Below are positions 1 through 28,600 of a DNA stretch of 64,000 nucleotides, in pieces. Position numbers and translations under genes: made by a program. Every line of letters begins with the position of its first letter. Position 1 is the first letter of the stretch. Below the pieces are notes generated by a model that worked only from the letters and a program-made list of their open reading frames with translations, did no database searches and was not told the origin of the DNA. This DNA is from Callorhinchus milii (lineage: Eukaryota). The stretch spans positions 17,238,001 through 17,302,000 of the forward strand of contig NW_024704743.1 of NCBI RefSeq assembly GCF_018977255.1, read 5' to 3'.

Positions 1-765
1 GGGGGGGTGAGGGATGAAGTGAGAGTGATGGGGGGTGAGGGGGATGAAGTGAGAGTGATGGGGGGTGAGGGGGGGATGTAGTGAGAGTGATGGGGGGTGA
101 GGGGGGATGAAGTGAGAGTGATGGGGGGGGGGATGAAGTGAGAGTGATTGGGGTGAGGGGGGATGTAGTGAGAGTGATGGGGGTGAGGGGGGGATGAAGT
201 GAGAGTGATGGGGGGGGTGGTGAGGGGGATGAAGTGAGAGTGATGGGGGGGTGAGGGGGGATGAAGTGAGAGTGATGGGGGGGTGACGGGGGGATGAAGT
301 GAGAGTGATGGGGGGGTGAGGGGATGAAGTGAGAGTGATGGGGGGGTGAGGGGGGGATGAAGTGAGAGTGATGGGGGGGTGAGGGGGGATGAAGTGAGAG
401 TGATTGGGGGGTGAGGGGGGATGAAGTGAGAGTGATTGGCGGATGAGGGGGGGGTGAAGTGAGAGTGATTGGGGGGGAATGAAGTGAGAGTGATTGGGGG
501 ATGAAGTGAGAGTGATTGGGGGGGTGGGGGATGAAGTGAGAGTGATTGGGGGGGGAGGGGATGAAGTGAGAGTGATTGGGGGGGGAGGGGATGAAGTGAG
601 AGTGATTGGGGGGTGAGGGGGGGATGAAGTGAGAGTGATTGGGGGGTGAGGGGTGAGGATGAAGTGAGAGTGATGGGGGGGTGAGGGGATGAAGTGAGAG
701 TGATGGGGGGGAGGGGATGAAGTGAGAGTGATGGGGAGGGGATGAAGTGAGAGTGATGGGGGGGT
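1..765 (+). repeat. G-rich minisatellite, about 25-33 bp unit (GGGATGAAGTGAGAGTGATGGGGGG[GTGA])
   Basis: Near-constant core GATGAAGTGAGAGTGAT with variable G-runs, over 20 copies, running off the window start. Confidence 0.95.
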
Positions 766-1054
766 CCCTCTTGCTCTCGCTGTCTCTCTTGTTTGGCTGA
801 TCTTTGGCGCTGGAGGACTGCAGCTCTGATGCCGGACGTTGGGACAGAGCGTCACTGACGCACAATCCCCGACGCTCACGTTCACTCTCTCAGTGTCTCA
901 GGGCATCCGCGGCGCCTCCTCCTCACCAGGTGCTGTGGGCCCGGGCCCGGGCCTGGCACAGAGGGCACTGTACACCCACAGGAGCCGCGCCACTGAGCAG
1001 ACAGTTGGGAGAAGCCTCACATGAGCCCTGAGGTGGGAGTGAGCGCAGGTCACA

Positions 1055-1305
1055 ACATCCCCCCCCACGACAGCCTCAGCCCCCCCCACCCCAGACCCCA
1101 GGCCCCCCCCCACCCCCAGGCCCCCCCCCCCCCCCCCCGCCACCAGCCCCCCCCCCCCGCCCCCCCCCAGCCCAACCCCCCCCCACCCAGCCCCCCTCCC
1201 ACCGGCCCCCCCTCCCCCCAGGCCCAGCCCCCCCACCCCCCACTGGCCCAGCCCCCCCTCCCAGACCGCCCCCAGCCCCCCCCCCCCCCCCCCCCCCCAG
1301 GCCCA
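1055..1305 (+). repeat. C-rich low-complexity tract (CAGCCCCCC-like units)
   Basis: Runs of C separated by CAG or CAC. Confidence 0.9.
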
Positions 1306-2204
1306 GCCTGGAGGGCAGTTATGTTTCAGGCTTAAGATGGTGCAGAATTCAGACTCAGATTTAGAAGCCAAGCCTTTTAACATTGGGGGTGGGGGGCACC
1401 CAAAATAAACTGATATAATAACGTTTTAAGACGAGTTTTTTTTTAAGGCAAAGACCGCAAGACGTGTGCTCTGAGCCGTCTGCACAAGTCGTGAATGAAG
1501 ACACCAGACAGACAGACACACTGTAGTTCCTGTAAATTGACTTCCCAATCTCAGCAGCCTGGTTAGCCTTGACATGTTCGATTATTGCAGAACTCAGACT
1601 CAAATTGGAAGTCATTTATTTTAACATCTGTGGGAAAACGACATGCAAATTAAGACTGAACAGAAGGATTTTCCACACGATTGTGTACCATTGTTTTCAG
1701 CCCCCTTTAGCTGTAGAGAATGAAGACACCAGATACACGTCGTTCACTAGTTCCTATATATTAGTCGAGTTCTCACTACCTTGACTTAATCTTGGCAGGT
1801 CAAAGAACGCACTCCTTTTCTTGAAGTTTCCCATTGACCGCTGGAGTGGCTGATTGACACACAACATGCATATTGTCCCTTGAAAACTAAAGGGCGTGTG
1901 TCAAATCTCAGCCTTGCAAAGGCAATCGTGTTGTGTGGTAAGGAATGAGATGCAGAAGCCTTCTCCTTAGACTTTCCTTTTTAATTAGCTTCATATTTTT
2001 TCTGTAAATGCCTGCTGGCCTTATACGCTGACCATGTGCTCAAAAAGATTCTGCTATTTTGTATGTTAATTCACAGCGAAACAAAAATTCAGGGAGATTA
2101 GTTTCTGTTCCAACAATCTGCCCAGTTCTCTCTGAAACTCTTATGGGTACTGATGTATATTTCATCTTCTTATTTTGCGGCAGAGGTTGATTCTCCTCAC
2201 CAAG

Positions 2205-19417
<17,213 letters not shown>

Positions 19418-19434
19418 TTAAACCAGAATAATGT

Positions 19435-19745
19435 GGAGTCCTGTAGCTCAGTGATTAGAGCACTCGCCTTGCAAGCGAGACACCTGGGCTCAATTCCCGA
19501 CAGCGTGAAACCTTGGGCAAGTGTCCTTACTCCACACGCCTAATGATAATCCCTCCAAAAAACAATAACAATAATAAATTGGTCATTTTCAATCCATGTT
19601 TGTGGGACACCTCTGTGCGCAATTGGCTGCCGCGTTTCACCCACAAATATACAGTCAATTCACTTTACAGCATATTCTGTGAAGCGCTTTGAGACTTCTA
19701 GAAGACATGAAAAGCGCTATATCAAATGCAAGGATTATTATTATA
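19435..19745 (+). mobile_element. tRNA-derived SINE immediately 3' of the ENTPD3-like stop codon
   Basis: Complete head-to-tail copy starting 17 nt after TAA. Confidence 0.9.
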
Positions 19746-20369
19746 TTAATGCAATTTCCCATTACAATTTTCTTAAACCCAAGATTGATGGAGGAACTCT
19801 AGCTGATGTTTGTTTTAACCATCTCTTTGGCTTGTCATTTGATCTAAAGCAATCTATGATTTGAAGAATAGTTTGAGAAGCTACCAGACAGTTGTATTCT
19901 TCAGTCAAGTGTTGGGTTCCAATGGAGATGAGTCCATGAGTAGTACATGAGCAGTCAACTCATGTTCTCATTAGGAAGTTTATCTTTCACTGAGGATGCC
20001 TAGCAACGGTACTCAGATTTCATCCTTACGACGGAACAGGAGGTAATAAGATTGGAGGGTGAGCGTGGGAAAGAGTGGAAGCTTTGGCCGAGACACAGAT
20101 TGTTATAGCCACCATATGGTCTGCTATACATGAGCCTTTGAAGATTAAATCAGTCAGTGGTGCTGTAGCAGAGAGGTGCACAAAGAAAATGTGAAGCACT
20201 TGAGTAACTCAGAACCAAACAGAATAAATAGAAATAAAAATGGAATAATTTTGCCTCACAATATATACCATATAGCAACAATGTTAACTGTGACTGTCAT
20301 TTTGTAAAGACAGTCCAGCATTAATGTCCCATATTTTCAGTGTATTTAATGGAATCCTTGCCTTTCTAT

Positions 20370-20688
20370 AAATAATAATAATATAATCCTTGTATTTGAT
20401 ATAGCGCTTTTCACATCGGGAGGACGTCCCAAAGCGCTTCACAGAACACACTGTAAAGTGAATTGACTATATTTGTGGGCGAACGCTGCAGCCAATTGCG
20501 CACAGCAATGTCCCTCAAACAGTCGTAGATTGAAAGTGACCAATTTATTATTGTTTTTGGTTTTGGAGGGATTATTATTAGGTGTGTGGAGTAAGGAAAC
20601 TTGCCCAAGGTTTCGCCCTCTGCCTGGAATTGAACTCAGGTCTCTCACTTGTAAAGCGAGTGCTCTAACCTCTGAGCTACAGGACTTC
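20370..20688 (-). mobile_element. tRNA-derived SINE, short variant
   Basis: Highly similar to 14668-15000. Confidence 0.92.
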
Positions 20689-21757
20689 TAGAATGCATCT
20701 GGAATCTTTGCTTTACCGAGTAAACTATTTCCCCATTTTGTATTCATGGGATTGAAATAATTCCACAAACCACAGTAGTGGAGCTTGGGTGATTTATAAT
20801 TATCGTCTGAACTCTCCTCCGAAACAGCTCAGAAATCACTCCAGGGGACCTGTTCATTTTTACATATTGTATTCAATATCAATACACAATTCAATACTCA
20901 GTTCTATTCAATATCTTTATTGCTAAAAGCTGTTTGTTTCATGTTGCTGTTATATGTCAGTTTTCTCACTGTATGAACAATAATAACCATTACATTAAAA
21001 TCAGTTTCAGAGACTATACAGTTATTACCAGGAAATCCTATGTTCCGTCCACGTGATGTAATTTAACCTGTATTAAAATACTGTATCTTCAAATTTTTCT
21101 ATTTCTATGTTTTCCATTTTCAATTTTCAGGTAAATAGTGAAAGGAATCTAATAGGTAAATAAACAACACAGCATAGGACAGTATTCTATACTGTAGTGA
21201 AACTCTGGTACTGATTTAGGAGGTTTGCCCTTGTTACTAAAACAATAATTTTAAAAACATTGCTGACAGAGGATGCTACAAATATACCAGGAGCAGCGCA
21301 GGAGGTTTACTGGTAATCTACAGGCATTAGGAGTGCCTTATAATACAGCGAATTGGCTAAGACGTATATTGCAAGGCTAGCAGCTTTGTGCACACATGTG
21401 CAGGTGAGCAGGAAATGATTTTGATGGCGATCCTGGTGACCAAGACAACGGACATTTTTAGTCAAAATGCATAAGAAGGTCAGTAGTCAGAACGTGGAGG
21501 TGTAACCAACAACCGCACTTCATTAAAGCAATCTCATCTCTGAGTCAGAAGCTTGTGGGCTCAAGCCCCTCGTCAAAACTTTGAACTCATATGTTTAGGC
21601 TATATACTGCTAGAAAGTGCTGCATTGTTGAAGGTGCTGATGAGATGTGAAACTGAGATCCTATCTGCCTGGATATATTAAGTATATTAAGTGACACTAT
21701 TCGAGAAGAGAAGGGAGTTTCTCCCTAGTCTCCAGGCCATCATTCCCCCAGATAAAA

Positions 21758-21961
21758 GGCAAATTACTGCAGATGCTGGAAATCTGAAATAAAAACAAGT
21801 TGCTGGAAACACCCAGCAGGTCAGGTAACATCTATACAGAGGTATGTGGGTTAACATTTCAGGTTGATGACCTTTCATCAGAATTGGGGGATCTTGGAAG
21901 GAAGCAGTTTATAAGGACAAACAGAAGGGGCGGGGAAAGAAAGACAAAGGTGCTGCCAATG
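21758..21961 (-). mobile_element. Penelope-like fragment with hammerhead-like motif, inserted in a SINE with a 12-bp direct repeat
   Basis: CCCCAGATAAAA at 21746-21757 and 21962-21973. Minus strand CTGATGA-A-AGGT-CATCA-ACCT-GAAA at 21881-21857. Confidence 0.65.
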
Positions 21962-23041
21962 CCCCAGATAAAACTGGTCATTCACTTCATTGATGTTTGC
22001 CGGCATTCACAAATTGGCTTTCACATATCAGTCATGAATTTTTAATGTCCATAAAATCCCTACATTATATGATATTTTTTCGATGTATTAGTTCTATCTT
22101 AAGCAGAATGGAGAAAGGGAAGGAAATGGGGTTAAAAGTGCCCAGTCCAACTGGCAGAACAGGCTTGATGGTCTGAATATATACCTCATTTTTACAATTG
22201 AAGAAAAGCAGTTGTGATCGTTCAAGCAAACGCCTTTTAACCAAAAATATTCTGAACCAAGAATTACAATTTGATACTAAAATGTACCTTACTTTCCCAC
22301 TGTATGTCCAGCTAAGATCACCCTACCTCTTTATGCTTTGGCTTACAAGGCTGTAACAGTAGCATAATGAGAAGAATCCTGGCCCCCAGAGAATGGTCTG
22401 CCCTCTGAGGCTTATAGATGAGAATGGCGGCTGGGCATTCATCAGCAGCACCCTGGCTCAGGAACCAGATTATCACGACACCACAGAGTTGACTCAAATC
22501 CAACATTTTGTTGCCAAACTTGCCACCTTGGAGCCAGTTGAGCTTGAAGGAAACCCCATCCACACCCCACCCCCGAGGATAATCACCAGTTGGTCATTTG
22601 GATGCCGACAAGCACAGGTTTGAGCCCTCACAAGGTGAATGGTAGGTACCAGGAATTCTGTGCAAGTTGCCTGGTGTCAACGCCACTCAGCATAAAATGC
22701 ACAAGACCGTTGCTATCATCGTCTTCCGGCCCACAGCTCAGATTCCCATTAAGCGATGGTTCCACCAGTTGGAGGAGCAGATCTTGAGCAGCAGCTGCTT
22801 CGCTCTATGTACACCTATCAAAGTGGATTCCAAGACCTGTGTATATAAAGCATTCCAGAATGGAGCCTCAACTGGGTGGCAGATGGGGGAGGAGGAAAGA
22901 AGGTGACAAAAGACCATTATACAGGTTTCAATATGGATTTTTAAAGTGGAGGGATGGAGCCAGGCATAAGTATTTAGAAAGAGTTCGAGGCAGCAGGAGC
23001 AAAGTGACATGAAATGGGCGAAGGATATGGAGCAGGCCGTG

Positions 23042-23312
23042 TGGAGTCCTGTAGCTCAGTGATTAGAGCACTCGCCTCGCAAGCGAGAGACCTGAGTTCT
23101 ATTCCCGGCAGGGCAAAATGTTGGACAAGTTGCCTTGCTCCACACGCTTGTTTACCTAGCAGTACGTAGGAACCCTGTTGTTGGTTGATTGGTGGATCAC
23201 TTTCCACGACTAAATCACTGAATCTATGACTGTTTGTGGGACACTGCTGTGTGCAATTGGCTGCCACATTTCGTCCACAAATATACAGTCAATTCAATTT
23301 ACAGTATATTCT
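23042..23312 (+). mobile_element. tRNA-derived SINE, long variant (partial)
   Basis: Head ggagtcctgtagctcagtgattagagcactcgcc and central segment. Confidence 0.85.
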
Positions 23313-23314
23313 GT

Positions 23315-25430
23315 GGCATTGAAATGGGGTATGAGCAGAAACTAGGGGAAAGCCAAAGCAGCCTGGCAAGGACTGGGGTAATGGTGATGCAGAGCTTGGA
23401 ACAGGTGATAAGGGCGAAGGAGTTTCGAATCGGTTGGGCTTTGTGAATGGGGAAGCTGAGAGGTCTGGTGAGGAGGGGATTGGATAAATCAAGGTGGGAG
23501 GTGACAAGAGTGGATGAGGGATTTGATAGTGTTGGGTGTGAAGCATGGTCAGAGATGGGTGATGTGTTGGAAGTGGAGGAAAGTGGTCCTGGTCAGGGAT
23601 TAGATGAGGGGTAGGAAGGACAACTATGAATTGAAACACACTCCAAGTTGCGCACAGGTTCGGTGAGCCCGACGGGATAGGCCAGGGAGGTTAAGGAGAT
23701 CAGAGCCACAAATGAGAGGACATTGATGGGAGGCAAAGAGGATGGCTTCAGTCTTGTTTATGTTTAGCTGCAGAAAGTTCATGCTCATTCAGGTCTCGAT
23801 GTCTCACAAGCAGGCAGACATGTATCATTGGTGAACCAGCAGCTAGGAGAAAAGTTATAACATGCGGTAGTTGACTCCATTGTCTGCAGATATTATCAAA
23901 AGGGAGCATGCAAATGAGAAAAAAAAGGGGCTGAGAATAAAGCCTTGGAGTACACCACAGGTGACCGCGCAAGAGTGGGCCTTAGATCATTTCCTTATAA
24001 TATGGGAGAGATATAAACTTAACCCTGTAAGATGTTTGCAAACTTCTATCTAGCTTGATATCTCAGCTATAGAGAAAAAAGCAGTCGGTTCTATAATTCT
24101 CATACGCACTACATTGCACTGGCAAACAATGTAGAAATATTCATTCATTCATAAATAAAACATGCATTTATATTGTGCCCTTCACGTGGGGTAGTGTCCA
24201 GAAGCACTTCAGGAGTCTGACAATGAGCCAAGGGGAGAGGGAGGTGACTGTAAGCTCCATCAAAAAGGAACATCTTTAGGCAAGATATGAAGGTGGGGAG
24301 GGAGGGGGCAAGGAGGAAGCAATTGAGAGAGTCCCAGAGTTTTGGGGTGTAGTGGCTGAAGGCACGGTCACCGATGGTGGAATGGAGGGGACAAGGGGTA
24401 AATGGAAGGCCAGAGCCAGCCAAGTGGAGGTAGCGAGTGGAGTGGGGAGTAAGCAGGTTGGATAGATAGGGAGGTGCGAAGGAATGAAGTGATTTGAAAA
24501 TGAGTGAGGATCTTGAAATCGATCCGTTCGGTGATTGGGAGCCAGTGGAGCCTGGCAAGGACTGGTGTGATGGGGTTACTGAGTTTCTTGTGATTGAGTG
24601 TCCGGGCGAGTTTTAAATTAATTGTATTTTGTGAATGGAGCTGAGAACACCAGCAAGGAGGGCATTGGAATAGTCCAGCCAGGAAGTGACAAAGCCATGG
24701 AGAGTTTCAGCTGCTTTGGTAGTGAGGTATGGGCAGAGGCGTGCAATGTGGCAGAGGTGGAAAAAAGCAATCCTGGTCAGAGAATGGATATATGAGAAAG
24801 GCCAAGTTGGGGATCAAACCTGACACTTAAGTTGCACACGGTTTCGGAGTCTGAGTTCAGACCTGCAAGAGAGAATATGATGACGGGGCACCAGAGTATA
24901 GCTTCCGTCTCACCAACATTCAGCTGCAGGAAATTTGCACTCATCCAAGCTTTGATGTCTGTCAAACAAGCTGACAAGACATCAGCGGACTGGGAGTCAC
25001 AGCTGGAGTAGATTTGAGTATCATCCTCAAACATGTGGAAGTTGACTCCATGTCTGTGGGTGACATCACCAAGAGGGAGCGTATAGATGAGGTTAAGGGG
25101 GCCAAGGATGGAGCCTTGGGATACGTTGCAGGTGACCGGGTGGAGGTAAGAGAAAAAACAATTGGTCAAGATGGAAGTGCTGGTGGTTGGTTAATTAGGA
25201 CTGTGGGTTGGGTGGATGCCGGAGTGGAGGGTGAGGCGTGAGCGAAGTTGGTTTGCAACAGGGCTTTGGCCAGGAAGGGGAGGTTTGAAATGGGACTCTG
25301 GTGCACAAGGTTGAAGGGATTGAGAGTATGCTTTTTTTTAAAAAAGGGGGAGTGATGACAGCTGTTTAGAATGGGAGTGGGACTCAGTCCAAAAATCCCA
25401 TTTTCCAAACTGTCAACCCCTGCCACTCAA
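23315..25430 (-). mobile_element. Cluster of degenerate LINE2 ORF2 fragments
   Basis: Remnants SQGSILGPL, GVNFHMFEDDTQIY, WMSANFLQLN and PISNLPFLAK; L2 tail near 24150. Confidence 0.8.
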
Positions 25431-25538
25431 TTCCTCAAATTTGTAATCCAGTGATTTTCTTTTCAAAAATGAATCAATTCACAGCAGCAAGTCCAAACAA
25501 TAGTTAAAAGTTTATTTTTTTGCAAGAACGGTCAGCAT

Positions 25539-25688
25539 TTATGCCTTCTTAGTTTCCCCTTTTTTAGTTTTTGGCTTTTTAGTTTCCACTTGCTTGGCTT
25601 CTGGCTTGGCGTCCCCCTTCTTGGTTCCTGCTTTCTTGGATTCCTCCTTCTGGAGTTTTTTCAGCTCATGTCTGATGATTTTATTTCG
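25539..25688 (-). CDS. RPL14: RPL14 exon 6 (Lys-rich tail, stop)
   Basis: Encodes [19 protein letters not shown]...ETKKA*; poly(A) signal about 22 nt downstream. Confidence 0.95.
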   Translation of the reverse strand, partial: RNKIIRHELKKLQKEESKKAGTKKGDAKPEAKQVETKKPKTKKGETKKA

Positions 25689-28600
25689 CTGAAAAACAAA
25701 TAAGCACCATGAATGTTGTTCTGTTATCCACACCAACAACCAAAAGATCAATTCTTCTTGTTAAAGCCATGTGTTGCTGCTCAGAAAGATGAAAACTGAC
25801 TTGCAGCATCTGGTACAGGTTTTATTTTCTCTGGCATTCATATCCCCCCTTTATGACTACAGTCCAAGTCGGAAAGGGTCTACTTCGAATGCCTAACACG
25901 TTGTCAATGCTCATTTGAATTATTTTTCATCCAAGTCAATCACCGCAACTAATTACTGCACTTAAAATCCTCCCCTCAAAAATTCAATAAACGTAATGCA
26001 GCACTTGCATTCAAACCTTAATTTGGTCCGACCAATAATCCATGTATTTGATGTACTACCTTATCACATCATTGAGACGTCTCAAAGCACTTCACAAACA
26101 TTGGAAAGTGTTTTGTATAGACTGTATTTTATTTTGCACAGCAGCCAATTACACACAACAGTGTCCCACAAACAGTCGTGGATTATGTGACCAAATTTTA
26201 GAGGATTTTTTTTTAAAAAAAGGACTATTACTTCCAGAATCGACTAACAACCAAGTTCCTACTTACAGGTGTAAGGAATAAGAAAACTTGCTTAAAGTTT
26301 CACCTTGCCTGGGAATCGAACCCGGGTAATCTCACTTGCAAGGCGAGTGCTCTAACCACTATGTATGTTTACCTATGTGCCCCCACCCAATGATTGAATT
26401 CAAGCTCTCTGTTCTTGCTTTCAAATCCCCCCAAGGCCTACCTTTGTGATCTTTAACAGCCCGAGCCGCTTCATCTACTCAGCAAACTCCTGAAATCTTT
26501 AGGTCCTCCACCTAACCCACTCGATGTGTACGTGAGTATGCATATCCATATTTGTCAAAATATGCAGGCCTATAACTCATCTTTGCCAGGTTCCCAGTCA
26601 ATTAACTTCTAAGATCCTCATATCCAACTACAGATCTCATCACATACTCGCTGCTCCCCATTTCAGATCCTCTCCAGCCTCATTCTTCTGTTCACCCCTA
26701 CAATTTGGCAAACAGAGGCCTGCTGAATGCCATGGTCTTGGTCAACTCTGTGACCTGCTTACTCTGCACCTATCTGTCCGCGCTCTCCACTTAAGAGGAC
26801 TCTGGCCTGCTTCATACCTCCCATCCTACCCACCGGCCATCGGGCTTTTAGCCTTTCTGCCCTTGCGTTTTAGAACTCCATGCCACGGTCCCTTCGCCTC
26901 ACCCCCCTCCCTCAAAACCTTCCTCTTCGACTGTGCCTTTGGTCACCTTCCTTGCCTCCGCCTCCAACCCCTAGCTCGGGTCCAAATCCCTGCCTGTCCA
27001 GCACCTTCGCACATCCTCCCAACATGAAAGGCGCTATACAAAAGTAATTTATTGTTACCCTCCGCCCTTCCTCCCCATCATCAGCAGCCAAACCTTCAGT
27101 CACTATATCCCTCCCTCCAGCACTTCCTGTGTCATCCCCTCTCTATCTTCAGACATCACCTAAAACCATTTGATCAGGCTTAATGGTCACTCACCTCCTT
27201 GGTTGGGCCTACAGTCACCTCTTTTTCTCCTCCCCCACCTCAGTGAGTCAGTCTCTATGAAGCGCTCTGGGACATTATTCAACATGGACACTGTATAAAT
27301 TCAAATTGTCAATCTATTTTCTATGACATTTGCTCGAGGAAAAAATACTTACTATTTTCTTGGCCCTCATGACCTTGAAGCGATCAAAGTCTGTCATTTT
27401 AGCTCTCTGAAAAAAAGCAACAAAATATTTAAGAATTATAAGTAGGGCTTCTGTTTTTCAGTGTTTATTAATTTATAATAATAATAATAATAATCCTTGC
27501 ATTTGATATAGCGCTTTTCACGTCGGGAGGACGTCCCAAAGCGCTTCACAGAATATACTGTAAAGTGAATTGACTGTATATTTGAGGGCGAACGCGGCAG
27601 CCAATTGCGCACAGCAATGTCCCACAAACAGTCGTGGATTGAAAATGACCAACTTATTATTGTTTTGTTTTTTTGGAGAGATTATTATTAAGCTCTGTGT
27701 GGAGTAAGGAAACTTTAATATTTAATAATTTAATATTTGAAGCTTTTTTTTAAGCAAACTGAGTTCTGTGTAGAAGTAAAAAAATCCAAGGTTTTTCATT
27801 GCTTTTACTTACTGAGACAATTCACTCACCTTTGCACAGAGGGGAAAGACTGCCTACATGTGTGAGAGAGCATGTCTGGTGAAGCGCAGGAGGGAGACAT
27901 TGCGCATGTGTGAGGGTGCCACTCTGCCCTTCATGTGCATAGGCACGTCTGGTGAAGTGCTTGTATTCAAGATGAGCGAGACATTCCGTATCTGTAGGAG
28001 CACCTCTCTTCATATGTGCAAACACTTCTGGTGCATGACGTGTCTTCCTCCTCTTACATACAAATGCTTCACCAGATTCACCTGTGCACAGGAGAGGGAG
28101 AGGCAAAGAACGAGCGAGACGACTTCACCTCAAGAGTTATGCCAGGACAGCATTTCCAGTCTTCATTGGAATAAACACAATTTCATTTGTTTGTATCTGG
28201 GGTATTTTATCAGTATTTTGTGGTTAGAATCAAAAATCAGAAGCCCCAACTATAAGGAATTTTCCTTCGCAATGTAAAATTCTGCCAACTGGAATTACTA
28301 CAAACGCTGGGAGGGACTGAATTCAAGACACTGTCGAAAATCAACTCCAAGAGTTTTTTTATATACAAAAAGAACTGTAGCCTGCAAACACAAGGAAATA
28401 CATGTGGACAGAGTTAGCAGGTTCATGCAAACAGTGCACTTACCCTCTCTCTGGCAACAATTTTCTTTGCCCAGTGAGATTCTGTCCATTTCTCACTGAC
28501 TTGCGCCTTCACCCAAGCAGCTCTCACAACCTTCTGACGAGTACTAGAAAGCACATTTTACAGTATACTTTTACAGCAGAAAAACATCATTTCATAAATT

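Noticed and set aside
898..1383. Gly-rich and Pro-rich ORFs (161 aa minus, 104 aa plus)
   Set aside because: Translations of a C-run low-complexity tract; no domain or splice support.
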